This document shows positions 1-9,310 of a stretch of DNA of 64,000 bases, in pieces. The first letter of the stretch is position 1. Each line of letters begins with the position of its first letter. A program made the translations under genes and the position numbers. The stretch lies in assembly GCA_044356455.1 (NCBI GenBank), contig JBIKWF010000009.1, positions 1 to 64,000 on the forward strand, given 5' to 3'. The notes beneath the pieces are model-generated. The model saw only the letters and a list, made by a program, of their open reading frames with translations, did no database searches and was not told where the DNA came from. The DNA comes from Bdellovibrionota bacterium (GTDB lineage Bacteria > Bdellovibrionota_C > UBA2361 > JBGSMV01).

Positions 1-693
1 TACGATAAATTGCTTCCTCGCATTCTAGAGCCTGTGGCTTTAGGTGTCCCTTTTTTACTTCTTCTCTTTAGCGTGTTTCGTGCACCCGTTCGAAGCCGCT
101 ATTCACGTATGGCAATTGGGCTTGGGATTGTAGGTACCGCGGGTTCGTTCTATTCCCTTCTTAAAACTCAAGGGGAGCTCTTCTCTTATCTTTTGCTTTA
201 TCATTTTGGGATCGCTGCCGTGGTAGTAGCAGCGGGAGCGGGGCTCCTTGCTGCCCGTGCCTTGGGCACAAAGCCCTGGGCTCCCTTTCTTGCTGCTGGG
301 CTGTGGGGGAGCGCGCTTATGGTGAGCTTTTGGCCCGTGCAGCGCGTGCCTGAGTCCTGCGCGGTGCTTGGCGAAGCACGGAGCTTTGTGAGTGCGCTTC
401 GGCCGGAGAAGGGAGTGCGCTACCATCTTGTGATGCGCGATGAGTATCTTAAAGATTCTCTTGCGCGCTTTGCCCTTGTGATGAGGCGGCGTGGCGTCGA
501 TTTTTGCGTGGACTCGAAATTCTCTTACTTTCTAGACGCAAGTCTTACCTGCGACTTTCGTAGGCGCTTTCATGGGCCTGCCTCGCGCAACGTTGAAGTG
601 CTGATGGGCGACTTGGAAAAGGGAGAGCTGCCTGCATGGCAAGGAGGCGCCAAGGTGCGCTCGGTGGGTATTGCGTGGCGCGATAGTAGCTAG
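1..693 (+). CDS. Membrane protein, C-terminal part (5' truncated by window)
   Basis: Frame open from base 1; several hydrophobic helices then a soluble tail; family not recognised. Confidence 0.6.
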   Translation, partial: YDKLLPRILEPVALGVPFLLLLFSVFRAPVRSRYSRMAIGLGIVGTAGSFYSLLKTQGELFSYLLLYHFGIAAVVVAAGAGLLAARALGTKPWAPFLAAGLWGSALMVSFWPVQRVPESCAVLGEARSFVSALRPEKGVRYHLVMRDEYLKDSLARFALVMRRRGVDFCVDSKFSYFLDASLTCDFRRRFHGPASRNVEVLMGDLEKGELPAWQGGAKVRSVGIAWRDSS

Positions 694-820
694 GCAACCT
701 CGGAAGAGCTCACTTCTTCGTGCCCCCGTTTCCTGTGGTGAATTTGTTAATGAGAATTTCACCACAGAGGACGCGGAGGACACAGAGGTGTGATGTGTTT
801 TCAGGTTTTTCGGAGGTTCC
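694..820. mobile_element. Degenerate ~130 bp MITE copy
   Basis: CTAG|GCAACCTCGGAAG...TTTTTCGGAGGTTCC|CAAG ends and internal CTGTGGTG..CACCACAGAGGACGCGGAGGACACAGAG; matches 22632-23040 units. Confidence 0.7.
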
Positions 821-847
821 CAAGCACTGGCGTTTCAAGCTAATGCC

Positions 848-2041
848 TCAGCCTACAGCACCTGCACGGCTCCAAAAACACTCAACGTCCGATCCATCAA
901 CTCCTCCGTCTCTATTTGTATCAGCGGAGTAGAGCCCAGCCTCCCAGTTTGGGTAAAAGGAGCTGATTGCCTGGGGAGAGAGAGTTCCATCCTCATTAAA
1001 TGCAGCTCCGCACCAATCTCCAAGAAATAAGACCCAGCCTTCGGGAAGGCCCTGAGGATTTACGCCGTAGCCCGCTACCACGCTCGCATCCCCCGAGAGT
1101 GCCGTGGCCGATTCAAGGCGCCAGCGCGCGATCGGGGAACGAGGCCTTGCGTGGGTGTAGGCCACTAAGTCGCTAAACCCCTCGAATTCTGTCCAAATGA
1201 ATGCCTTTCCAGGACCACGGGGAAAACCGTACGCCCCGACAACAACTGAGCCGTCCGAGGAAAGCGCATTCGCGCGCGTTGAGCGTCCAAGCGCAAAATC
1301 GGAATCAAGCGGAAGGAGTTCGAAAGATCGTCCTGCGCGATAGGCGCGCTCAAGCAAGAAGCTTTCTCGAAGGGCCAGAATTGAGTAGCGCCCATCTCCA
1401 GAAATACCAACGGCTTCGGCCTCTATGGCGAGTATGGCGAGACCTTCGCTATTAAGTTGAAAGGCCTCGCCCTTGATAGTCGTGCCTGTCGCCACATTCC
1501 CGTCGTAGGAAAGACCCGTGATCGAGGCAATTACCCCGGAGGGAGCCGCGGCAATTGAAAAGTCTGTTCCTCCGGTCCACTCAAGCGGGATTTCGCTCGC
1601 GCCGCTTGATGCCCCCAGTCCTAGGCAGCGCCCGCCGTCAAAGGTGCAGGCAGAGGGGCTGGCGCTAGGATATCGCTCGGAAAGAAACCTTGCTCCCTTG
1701 GAGCTTGTAAGAAAGCCTCGATTTCCCTCAGGGGTGAGGCAAATTCCAAATGCCTGAGAAGCGTCAGGGGTTACGGCGGTAACGGAGAGGGAAATACAAT
1801 CCGCGGGAAGTGGTAGTTCACTTCTTTCTCCGGTAGTGAGGTCCTGCTGGATAACCGCATACGGACTCGCCGCGGTGACCGTGCGACCCAGGGCAGAAAC
1901 GCTGACGGGATAAAAGGGGGCCTCGAAAACATCTTGCCCCAGCCCTAGAATCTGACTTGGTGCCGCCTGCGCTTCGGTGTTCATGGTGCAAGCGAGAAGA
2001 ATAAGGAACGACGCTCCTTTGAGCGATAAGGTATGCCGCAT
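848..2041 (-). CDS. Secreted HAF-repeat-like protein with C-terminal dockerin-like double EF-hand tail
   Basis: Signal peptide MRHTLSLKGASFLILLAC..AQA; repeats ANALSSDGSVVVG, ATALSGDASVVAG; tail FNEDGTL..ADTNRDGGVDGSDV; start moved to ATG 2041. Confidence 0.7.
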   Translation of the reverse strand: MRHTLSLKGASFLILLACTMNTEAQAAPSQILGLGQDVFEAPFYPVSVSALGRTVTAASPYAVIQQDLTTGERSELPLPADCISLSVTAVTPDASQAFGICLTPEGNRGFLTSSKGARFLSERYPSASPSACTFDGGRCLGLGASSGASEIPLEWTGGTDFSIAAAPSGVIASITGLSYDGNVATGTTIKGEAFQLNSEGLAILAIEAEAVGISGDGRYSILALRESFLLERAYRAGRSFELLPLDSDFALGRSTRANALSSDGSVVVGAYGFPRGPGKAFIWTEFEGFSDLVAYTHARPRSPIARWRLESATALSGDASVVAGYGVNPQGLPEGWVLFLGDWCGAAFNEDGTLSPQAISSFYPNWEAGLYSADTNRDGGVDGSDVECFWSRAGAVG

Positions 2042-2221
2042 TACGTTCTCCGGGATAAAAATGGGGGACGAGGAGATTACTTGTTCCTCGCCCGAGCGCA
2101 AGAAGTCTCTTCGCTCCTAGGACCTGTGCACTTCAGTTTAAAAGCGGATTTTAAATTGCGGCTTCTTCGAGAGCGCGTGCGCGGTCCCTACGAAAGTTAA
2201 CTTACGGGGCGTTCGTGATGC

Positions 2222-4222
2222 TTACGGAGAGGCAGGTACCGGCCGGCCGATGATAAGACGCGTGGCGTCCCCCAGCACCTCGCCTGGCAGGTTGCCTTGT
2301 GGAAACTCATACTCGGTACTTGAAGGGAGTAGCGAGTATAATGCTCCGTGCACCATGGAGAAGGAAGCCGTTCCCTGCCCATCTGTAGTCATCCTGCCGT
2401 AGGGGCCCGCATCAACCGTGACCCCCGAGATAGGCATTCGTCCTGAAGACTCGACTTTCACGGTCACGGTATAGGTGCGTGCAGTAGCAGAGAGCGAAAC
2501 CGAAGTGTCTCTGAGGAGCATGCCACTTAATGGTGCAAATACCAGGCCGGGCTTGGTTGTCGTCAAGGTATACGAAACGGGACCCGGAATGTCATCAAAG
2601 CGAAACTGTCCGTCACTCGTGGTAAGGCGTGAGTGGGAGACGCCTCCCGCGACCAGTGCTACTCGCGCGCCGGCCAAAGGAAGTCCGGACTGCAGCACTC
2701 TACCGACGAGATCGAAATTCCCGGGAGGGACGGTAGGAGTAGGTGAGGGAGTAGCCGTGGCGGTTGGCGTCGGCGTCGGCACTGCAGGTGTGGGAGTGTG
2801 CATCACAACTTCCGGGGGGGCAGGATTGAAGGGAACGGCCTGGAGCATGCGATTCACATTGAGCGCTCGATTGCCAATGCATTTCCCCTGAAAGGTGGAC
2901 CGAATATCCGCGCTGCTATAGAGCGTTTGAATCATGGTCTGCCAGTCGAGATTCACTGAGTAGGATTTCAGAAGCGCAAGAGCTCCTGAAACAAAGGGCG
3001 TAGCCATCGAGGTGCCCGAAAGATAGACATAGCGATTTCCGGGATAGGTGCTCGAAACTTGCACGCCAGGCGCGGCAATATCAACCGTTGTTGCTCCGTA
3101 GTTTGAAAAATTCGCGGGAGCGCCGTTCTGATCCATTGCGGCCACGGAAATGATATTTGCTACATTGTAGCTCGCCGGGTAGGACGGAGTAGCATCCAGG
3201 TTCTGAGTGCTATTTCCTGCGGCTGCGACGAACAGAATGCCCTCGTCTCGATTGCGAGCGATAGCATCGGCGAGCTGCTGGGTATATCCTCCTCCGCCCC
3301 AGGAGTTGTTGGTGAGAATAATATTTACGCCCTTGCGTTTGAGCGCCGTTGCATAATCAACGGCCTCAATGGCGTCCATAAGCGAACCACTTCCGGAATT
3401 GCTCAGGAATTTTATCGGGATGATCGTAACTCTCCAGTTTACCCCGACAACGCCAACCGCGTTGTTGCCCACGGCACCTATCGTACCGGCAACGTGTGTT
3501 CCGTGACCGTTATCGTCCATCGGGTCTCCCGCAGTGCGGTTCGAAGAGGTGTACGTAATGGCATTCAGTCCTCGAACATCGTCAATGTATCCATTCGCGT
3601 CGTCGTCCACTCCATTCCCAGGAATTTCACCGGGATTGGTCCACATATTGGCGGCGAGGTCGGGATGATTGTAATCCACGCCGGTATCTATTATCCCCAC
3701 GACCACGGAGCGAGCGCCGGTAGTTTTGTCCCATGCTTCCGGGGCGTCTATGTCGACGTCATTCGGCTGAGAAAGTCCCCATACTGAAGACAAGTTTGGG
3801 TCGTTCGGAGTGGCGGAAGCTCTGAAGACGAAATTCTCTGCTATTTCTAGTGAAAGAACACGCGCTTCAGCCATAGACTGAGCGCCTTCCCCTCGAATTC
3901 TGCGTTTTTCTTTGCGAAGTTGTTCTGTAAGTCCTCTGAGTTCACTCACTTCTACTGCTTCCTCGGGAAGTTTTCTTCCTTCGCCAGCTTCGCCCACCAA
4001 CATGACGTGCGATCCCGCATCGAGTATTTCAAGCTCCGGGGCAGAGACGCGTTCGAGGGCGGCGAGCGCCTTCTCCCGAAGCGGCGTGATATTTGGAACA
4101 CTCACCACATACTCGCCAGGAATTGCTTCGAAGGTCTGATCTTCAGCACGAGCCAAGCCTTGGTTTCCAAGAAGTAGGGTAGTCAGGGCTGCGCCAAAAA
4201 GAATAGTGCTTCTCATGATCAC
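2222..4222 (-). CDS. Secreted S8 subtilisin-like serine protease with PT linker and carboxypeptidase-regulatory-like beta domains
   Basis: Motifs IIDTGVD, NGHGTHVAG, AAAGN, SGTSMATP; signal peptide; propeptide. Confidence 0.95.
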   Translation of the reverse strand: MIMRSTILFGAALTTLLLGNQGLARAEDQTFEAIPGEYVVSVPNITPLREKALAALERVSAPELEILDAGSHVMLVGEAGEGRKLPEEAVEVSELRGLTEQLRKEKRRIRGEGAQSMAEARVLSLEIAENFVFRASATPNDPNLSSVWGLSQPNDVDIDAPEAWDKTTGARSVVVGIIDTGVDYNHPDLAANMWTNPGEIPGNGVDDDANGYIDDVRGLNAITYTSSNRTAGDPMDDNGHGTHVAGTIGAVGNNAVGVVGVNWRVTIIPIKFLSNSGSGSLMDAIEAVDYATALKRKGVNIILTNNSWGGGGYTQQLADAIARNRDEGILFVAAAGNSTQNLDATPSYPASYNVANIISVAAMDQNGAPANFSNYGATTVDIAAPGVQVSSTYPGNRYVYLSGTSMATPFVSGALALLKSYSVNLDWQTMIQTLYSSADIRSTFQGKCIGNRALNVNRMLQAVPFNPAPPEVVMHTPTPAVPTPTPTATATPSPTPTVPPGNFDLVGRVLQSGLPLAGARVALVAGGVSHSRLTTSDGQFRFDDIPGPVSYTLTTTKPGLVFAPLSGMLLRDTSVSLSATARTYTVTVKVESSGRMPISGVTVDAGPYGRMTTDGQGTASFSMVHGALYSLLPSSTEYEFPQGNLPGEVLGDATRLIIGRPVPASP

Positions 4223-7200
4223 CTCCCTGTTCCCTGAGAGCTAAGCTTTGTGTCCGTGAGTCTCACGGTGAAGTGGATTCCCTCTCGATCTCCGTTAACG
4301 GAAAGTTCATAACGGTTCGGCCGAGATGCAACTCTCACGCTGGCCACGCTTGTCTCGAGTCTTACCGAGTAGCGCCCTGGGGGCACATCAAGCGCGTACT
4401 CAAACGGACTTGAGAGCGGGGCCCGGTACACTTCGCCCGTTCTTGTTCGTGCGACAACCGTAATTGACCCTGCTTTAAGGCGCTGCAGTTTTCGCATGAG
4501 AGATAAGGACAGCGGACGTCCGTTCAGCGAGTCCTTGATTCCGCCCGTGATGATAAAGCGAGGCGGCGTAGTTGGCGCAATGGTCGGCGCTGCCGTAGGC
4601 TCTGGCGGCATTGTTTCAATCGGCCGTGGTGTATTTACCGGAGGAGGTGGAGCGATTGTCTCCTCAGGGGGAGCGGGAGGCGAAGTCGGCTCGGCTGGCG
4701 GCGCCTCTGTCGGCTCAGGAGCCGGAGCCTCGGTCGGTTCAGCGTCGGGAGGCGCTGTTGGGTTGAGCGTAGGAACTGGTGTGGGATCTTGCGGAGGCAC
4801 TGCCGTCGGCGAGATCGGAGCGCTGGTTGGACTAGAACTAGGCGGCGAAGTTGGGGCCACGGTGGGTTGCTCAGGGGCCTGTGTCGGTGCGCTCGTGGGC
4901 GTAGGAGTAATTGGAGTTTGGCATTGCGCGAACCCTGCGGCCTTTGCCGCAATCTGCCGCCCATCGCTCGCAAATAGTCTTACGGTATTTGGGCTATTGG
5001 CGACCGTAGTGGTTACAAAGAACGCATCCGTAGTTGCTGCTACGGTGACGCTTCCTCTCTGTGCGGTTCCGTACACATCCCAAGTCAAATTCTGGGGCAC
5101 TGCGCCAGCGTTTGTCACTCTCCACGCGAGGGACTGACTGGGAACTTCAGAGCACATCGAGGTGAGAGTTATGCCTTGTCCCAGTGGCGTGGGAGTTCCT
5201 GATGGCGTTGCAGTGGGTGCCGGAGTTGTGACGCGGCATGCGCCTTGGTAATCGCCGTGCGCTTCGTGCGCAGCCCAGGCAGACATCGAGACGGTTATCG
5301 TGTGCGCGTTCCCGGGGTTTCCTGGCGGAATATGACAGATTTCAATTTTATCATTGCCACTATCTCCGCCCGAAGTTGGTGACGGGATGCTCGTCGGGGT
5401 CCATGTGGGCGCCGATGTGGGTGTGCGAGAGGGCTGCGTGGTGGGGGCAGCGGTCGGAGCAATGGTCGGAACAGAAGTGGGCGCCAAAGTCGGAGCTGCA
5501 GTAGCAGCAGGGGTTGTTGCAATAGCAGTAGGAGTTGATGTCGCGGTATAGGTCGCCGAGGGCGCTGAAGTTGCGGTGGTAATCGGAACAGCCGTCGGCG
5601 GAATACTTGTAGGTGTCAGCGTCGGTGGCTGCGTCGCCGTGGGGGTTGCCGAATGAGTGGAGGTCGGTGTGTTTGTTGCCGTTTGCGTTGGGGAGAACGT
5701 AGCGGTGGCGGTAGCCGTCGAAGTAGATGTGGGAGTGTTGGATGCGGTGAAGGTCGCAGTGGGAGTTGCCGTCCTCGTCGGAGTCATTGTGGGAGGGGGT
5801 ATAGGCGTCGACGTGGGTGTAGGAGTGATAGAGGGCGTCTGAGTGGGGGTCGGAACCTGAGTTGCCGTAGGCGTTGGGGTCGGGGGGATAATGAGGGCAA
5901 AATTCAACTCGAGCTCGTTTTGCTCCGCAGTTCCAGTGTGGATAGCAGGAGAGAATTCAGAGTCTGCGCGAAGCGCCACCACCTCATAATCACTATCTTC
6001 GGGAACCGAAAGTAAGTAGTCGCCGTTCTCTGTCGTAGTCAGAACTCGCTCAATGCCGCGGTAGCGCACCACGATCTCAGCATCGCTAAGCGGTCCTCCG
6101 AGCCCATTGGTTACTCGTCCTCCAATCGTAAAGCTTGGTACTGAGGTGACTTTGAAATTCAAGTCATCTTTCGGGCAGTACGTTCTTGGAGCAGAGATAC
6201 CTGCGGGGTCGAAGTAGAGGTCGTCTTTTTCTGCGGTGAACCAGTTATTGGACCCAGCAGCAACGCTCGCCTGCCAGCGGCCAAGATTGTCGGTAGTGGT
6301 GACGAGCTGATGATTGTTTAGAATCCGAGCGCCGGCGAGCGGCAGCCCTTCCTCGGTATACACCGCGCCTGACATGAGATAGGTGGACGCTACTTCGCAG
6401 GGCGCTTCAGGATCCGCGCCCGGATCGTCCTCGAGAGGAGCCACTGCTTTAAAATCGATTCCACGGCGCGCGCGGTCTATTTCCACAATGTTCAGCTTAA
6501 GGGGGTCGAAGGAGAGTCCCGAGCGGCGAACTTCTAAGCGAGCCGTGCTCTGCTCATCGACTACCAGGCTGTAGGTTCCATCTGTTCGCGTGGTTGCCGC
6601 GGTATATCCATCATTCACTATGTCAGCGCCTTGGAGCGGGAAGCCGCGCGTGTCGTAAACGGTCCCGCTTAAGGTGAACTGGCGGGTCGGGCTTCCTGAG
6701 CAGTTTGCCGTATAACTGCCCTGAATAAAGGTCGCGTTGGCGCAGAGCTGAAAGGGCGTGCCGGAATTGTGCGTGAACTGACAACCGGGCGAGGACGGGT
6801 TCAAGGAAATAAAGTCATTATCTGCCGAGGCATCAGAGTCGTTGCACTGCGCAAAAACAGGGGCCGAGAACACCGCAGTTCCTGTGCTATCAGTGGCGCG
6901 TTCCCCGTTTTGTCCGCAGGAGGAAAGCTGAGGACTCTCCAATTGAGCCCCCGCAAGAGGAATAGCCGTGTTGGTGAGCAGGGTGCGCCACTGCACCGCG
7001 CCTTGGGCAGTTCCGTTCCGAATTGCCCAGATCTGGCAGAGATTATTCGGACAGGAGTTTGGTGTGAGCTGGACAGACCCTGGGTAAAACGTGTAGTCGC
7101 CCGCCGGGACCACGGTAATCGGAGTGGTTGCGGCGACTGCAAGCTGGGAGGTGCTAAAGGTCCATCTCCCTAGCGAGTCCGTGTAGCGGTTAGTCAGGGA

Positions 7201-7995
7201 ACTTAGCCCTTCGTTGCCGTAGAACGTAACGCCGCTTACTCCTCGATTGTCATCCGTATAGACCTGAAGCGTGTAAGAGGTCGAGCTTCCCACCGTCTTT
7301 GGGGCTACGGGATTGCAGGTAGCATTCACAAATCCCGTCGCGTCACCCGAGAAGTTACACGCCTTGAAGCGCTCGCTTCTTGGGGTGGTGAAAGTACAGT
7401 TATAGCCAGGGGGCGATAGTGGTAGGACTGAATTATAGTTGTTGGTAAGAGAGGCGTCTTGGTCACTACATGCGCCCGGCTGCCTCTCGACTACAAACAG
7501 AGCATATCCTTCATGGTCCGTAGTCTTGGGGCAGCCAGAGCCATTTCGTGGCATTGCCAAAGGCATTGAGGGATAGGCACGGCCACGGGGGTCTCTCACG
7601 CGCCAATTTACCACCGAGGCTACGCGGCCATCCGAAATAGCTTGAACGCGGCACACGCGACCGGGGCAGGTGGTTGGTCCTAGAACGAGCGTCGAGGGAG
7701 CAAATCTTAGCGCCCTGCCATAGTGCGTAAAGGCGAGCTCGGGAGTCGCTGAGGGCAAGTCGCTCACATCGACGTTCCAGCTTCCCTGGTTGTCGGTGAA
7801 GAGCGAGGGCAGAGCATTTACGCCATAGTTTCCGTACACCTGCACCCCAGGCACCGGGGCATTGTTTTGGTCAACTACTCGTATCGTGTAAGTGGTGAGA
7901 CTATCCGCGCGAGCCTCCGAGGCTGGGGATAATCCAACGAGCAGAAGCACGAGGCCGAGAACTTTTAATGCACGGTTAACCATATCGCCAGACAT
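4219..7995 (-). CDS. Large secreted multidomain protein: carboxypeptidase-regulatory-like repeats, Cys-rich duplicated module, long Pro/Thr linkers
   Basis: 1258 aa ORF; signal peptide; repeats such as LSGTVYDTRGFPLQGADI; stop overlaps protease start (ATGA-type 4 bp overlap). Confidence 0.85.
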   Translation of the reverse strand: MSGDMVNRALKVLGLVLLLVGLSPASEARADSLTTYTIRVVDQNNAPVPGVQVYGNYGVNALPSLFTDNQGSWNVDVSDLPSATPELAFTHYGRALRFAPSTLVLGPTTCPGRVCRVQAISDGRVASVVNWRVRDPRGRAYPSMPLAMPRNGSGCPKTTDHEGYALFVVERQPGACSDQDASLTNNYNSVLPLSPPGYNCTFTTPRSERFKACNFSGDATGFVNATCNPVAPKTVGSSTSYTLQVYTDDNRGVSGVTFYGNEGLSSLTNRYTDSLGRWTFSTSQLAVAATTPITVVPAGDYTFYPGSVQLTPNSCPNNLCQIWAIRNGTAQGAVQWRTLLTNTAIPLAGAQLESPQLSSCGQNGERATDSTGTAVFSAPVFAQCNDSDASADNDFISLNPSSPGCQFTHNSGTPFQLCANATFIQGSYTANCSGSPTRQFTLSGTVYDTRGFPLQGADIVNDGYTAATTRTDGTYSLVVDEQSTARLEVRRSGLSFDPLKLNIVEIDRARRGIDFKAVAPLEDDPGADPEAPCEVASTYLMSGAVYTEEGLPLAGARILNNHQLVTTTDNLGRWQASVAAGSNNWFTAEKDDLYFDPAGISAPRTYCPKDDLNFKVTSVPSFTIGGRVTNGLGGPLSDAEIVVRYRGIERVLTTTENGDYLLSVPEDSDYEVVALRADSEFSPAIHTGTAEQNELELNFALIIPPTPTPTATQVPTPTQTPSITPTPTSTPIPPPTMTPTRTATPTATFTASNTPTSTSTATATATFSPTQTATNTPTSTHSATPTATQPPTLTPTSIPPTAVPITTATSAPSATYTATSTPTAIATTPAATAAPTLAPTSVPTIAPTAAPTTQPSRTPTSAPTWTPTSIPSPTSGGDSGNDKIEICHIPPGNPGNAHTITVSMSAWAAHEAHGDYQGACRVTTPAPTATPSGTPTPLGQGITLTSMCSEVPSQSLAWRVTNAGAVPQNLTWDVYGTAQRGSVTVAATTDAFFVTTTVANSPNTVRLFASDGRQIAAKAAGFAQCQTPITPTPTSAPTQAPEQPTVAPTSPPSSSPTSAPISPTAVPPQDPTPVPTLNPTAPPDAEPTEAPAPEPTEAPPAEPTSPPAPPEETIAPPPPVNTPRPIETMPPEPTAAPTIAPTTPPRFIITGGIKDSLNGRPLSLSLMRKLQRLKAGSITVVARTRTGEVYRAPLSSPFEYALDVPPGRYSVRLETSVASVRVASRPNRYELSVNGDREGIHFTVRLTDTKLSSQGTGR

Positions 7996-8271
7996 GGGAG
8001 TCGGATGAGAGACGGGAGGAGTTGACGATCTGGGCTAACGCAAAGTTGAGAAAGACTCAGAATCGGCGAAGAGCGCAGGCGTCTCTAGGAAAAGTCCCTA
8101 AGGACTCCCCAGCTCGAAGTGTGGGCATCGATGAGCAGGTGAAGGAATATAGGCGGTTACCTTTAGGGTATTGAGAAGACCAGGTTAACGGGGCTAACAC
8201 GCGCGCTAGATTCGCTCGGAAAATAAGCCAAAGTTGCGAAAGAATTAGGTTTCTCATACACTCGGGCGCTT

Positions 8272-9255
8272 ATGCGTTTCTTTAAACTGGTCATTCGCGC
8301 ACGAGGTAGTGAGCCCGTTTGTGGTGGGCAGGTGCTGCTGCGCTCACCTTTGCCATCACGGGCCCCGGGCGCGCGCGGTTCTACGCGGCATCCGCTCGCA
8401 CGGGTAAGCCTTCTTTGGGCAGCACTTGTGGCTTGTGTTGCGTGGGGAGCTTCTATGCCAGGCGCGCTTTCAGCAGCGGCGGCAGAGCCGGAATCAGAGA
8501 GTCCCCTTGCGCTCGCGTATACCTGCACCGCTCCTCTTAAGCAGAGCGAGCTACTTGGGATCGTGGACAAAGTTCAAGACGCATATCGCAGCATTAAGGG
8601 CATGCAGGCTCAGTTTAAGCAGGAATCCAGTGTGGTGGCTCTCGACCAGACAGAGGGCTCTTCTGGCATGGTGTCGTTTTTGAAGCCAGGAAACATGAAG
8701 TGGGAGTATACGTCTCCCGAAGCACAAGTTTTCTTGCTGCGTGATTCCACTGTCTGGTTTTATCAGGAAGCGCTGAAGCAGGTAGTCATCGATGATATCA
8801 GTCAAGTTCTGCTCTCGGACTTGCCCGTCTCTTTCTTAATGGGAATTGGAGAACTCAGCCGGGACTTCTCCTTGATTAAGGGCTGCCACGCGGGTGAGCG
8901 GATCTTGCTTGATCTCGCGCCGCGCACTCCTAAGAACTCTCGCTCTTCGAAAGCGGGCAGCGGAGATTCCCAGCTGGGCTCTTTTCGCTTGCTCGTCGAC
9001 AAGACAAAATTCCTACCCCTTGGTGCTGTCGTTTCCGACCTCGGAGGGAATTCTACCGCCATCCTCTTCTCCCAGCTTCGATTGAACCCTGCTCAGCTTA
9101 GCCTTGACGCGTTCAAGCCTCAGTTCCCCAAAGGTATTGATGTATCTGACCGCCGCGCGCTTTTAGATACGAGACAGGTCACTGCTGAGGGGCTCACGGA
9201 AAGAGAGGTTCTTTCCTCTGCCAGCCAGGACATGAGTCAGCCAGAGCAGCAGTAG
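8272..9255 (+). CDS. lolA: Outer membrane lipoprotein carrier protein LolA family (start uncertain)
   Basis: AQFKQES..SGMVSFLKPGNMKWEYTSPEAQ..VWFYQ pattern; adjacent to rimO. Confidence 0.85.
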   Translation: MRFFKLVIRARGSEPVCGGQVLLRSPLPSRAPGARGSTRHPLARVSLLWAALVACVAWGASMPGALSAAAAEPESESPLALAYTCTAPLKQSELLGIVDKVQDAYRSIKGMQAQFKQESSVVALDQTEGSSGMVSFLKPGNMKWEYTSPEAQVFLLRDSTVWFYQEALKQVVIDDISQVLLSDLPVSFLMGIGELSRDFSLIKGCHAGERILLDLAPRTPKNSRSSKAGSGDSQLGSFRLLVDKTKFLPLGAVVSDLGGNSTAILFSQLRLNPAQLSLDAFKPQFPKGIDVSDRRALLDTRQVTAEGLTEREVLSSASQDMSQPEQQ

Positions 9256-9310
9256 TGATGCGCAGTAGTGTGAAACAGGAAATTAGGATTCGGATAGAGA
9301 GGTGCGAGAG

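Noticed and set aside
2117..2190. Small element TAGGACCTGTGCAC..GTGCGCGGTCCCTA with inner AT-rich hairpin
   Set aside because: Single copy with imperfect ends; may just be a terminator for the protease operon
4496..6015. Plus-strand Val/Gly-rich ORFs and apparent DNA repeats
   Set aside because: Antisense shadows of the Pro/Thr linkers in the 1258 aa gene
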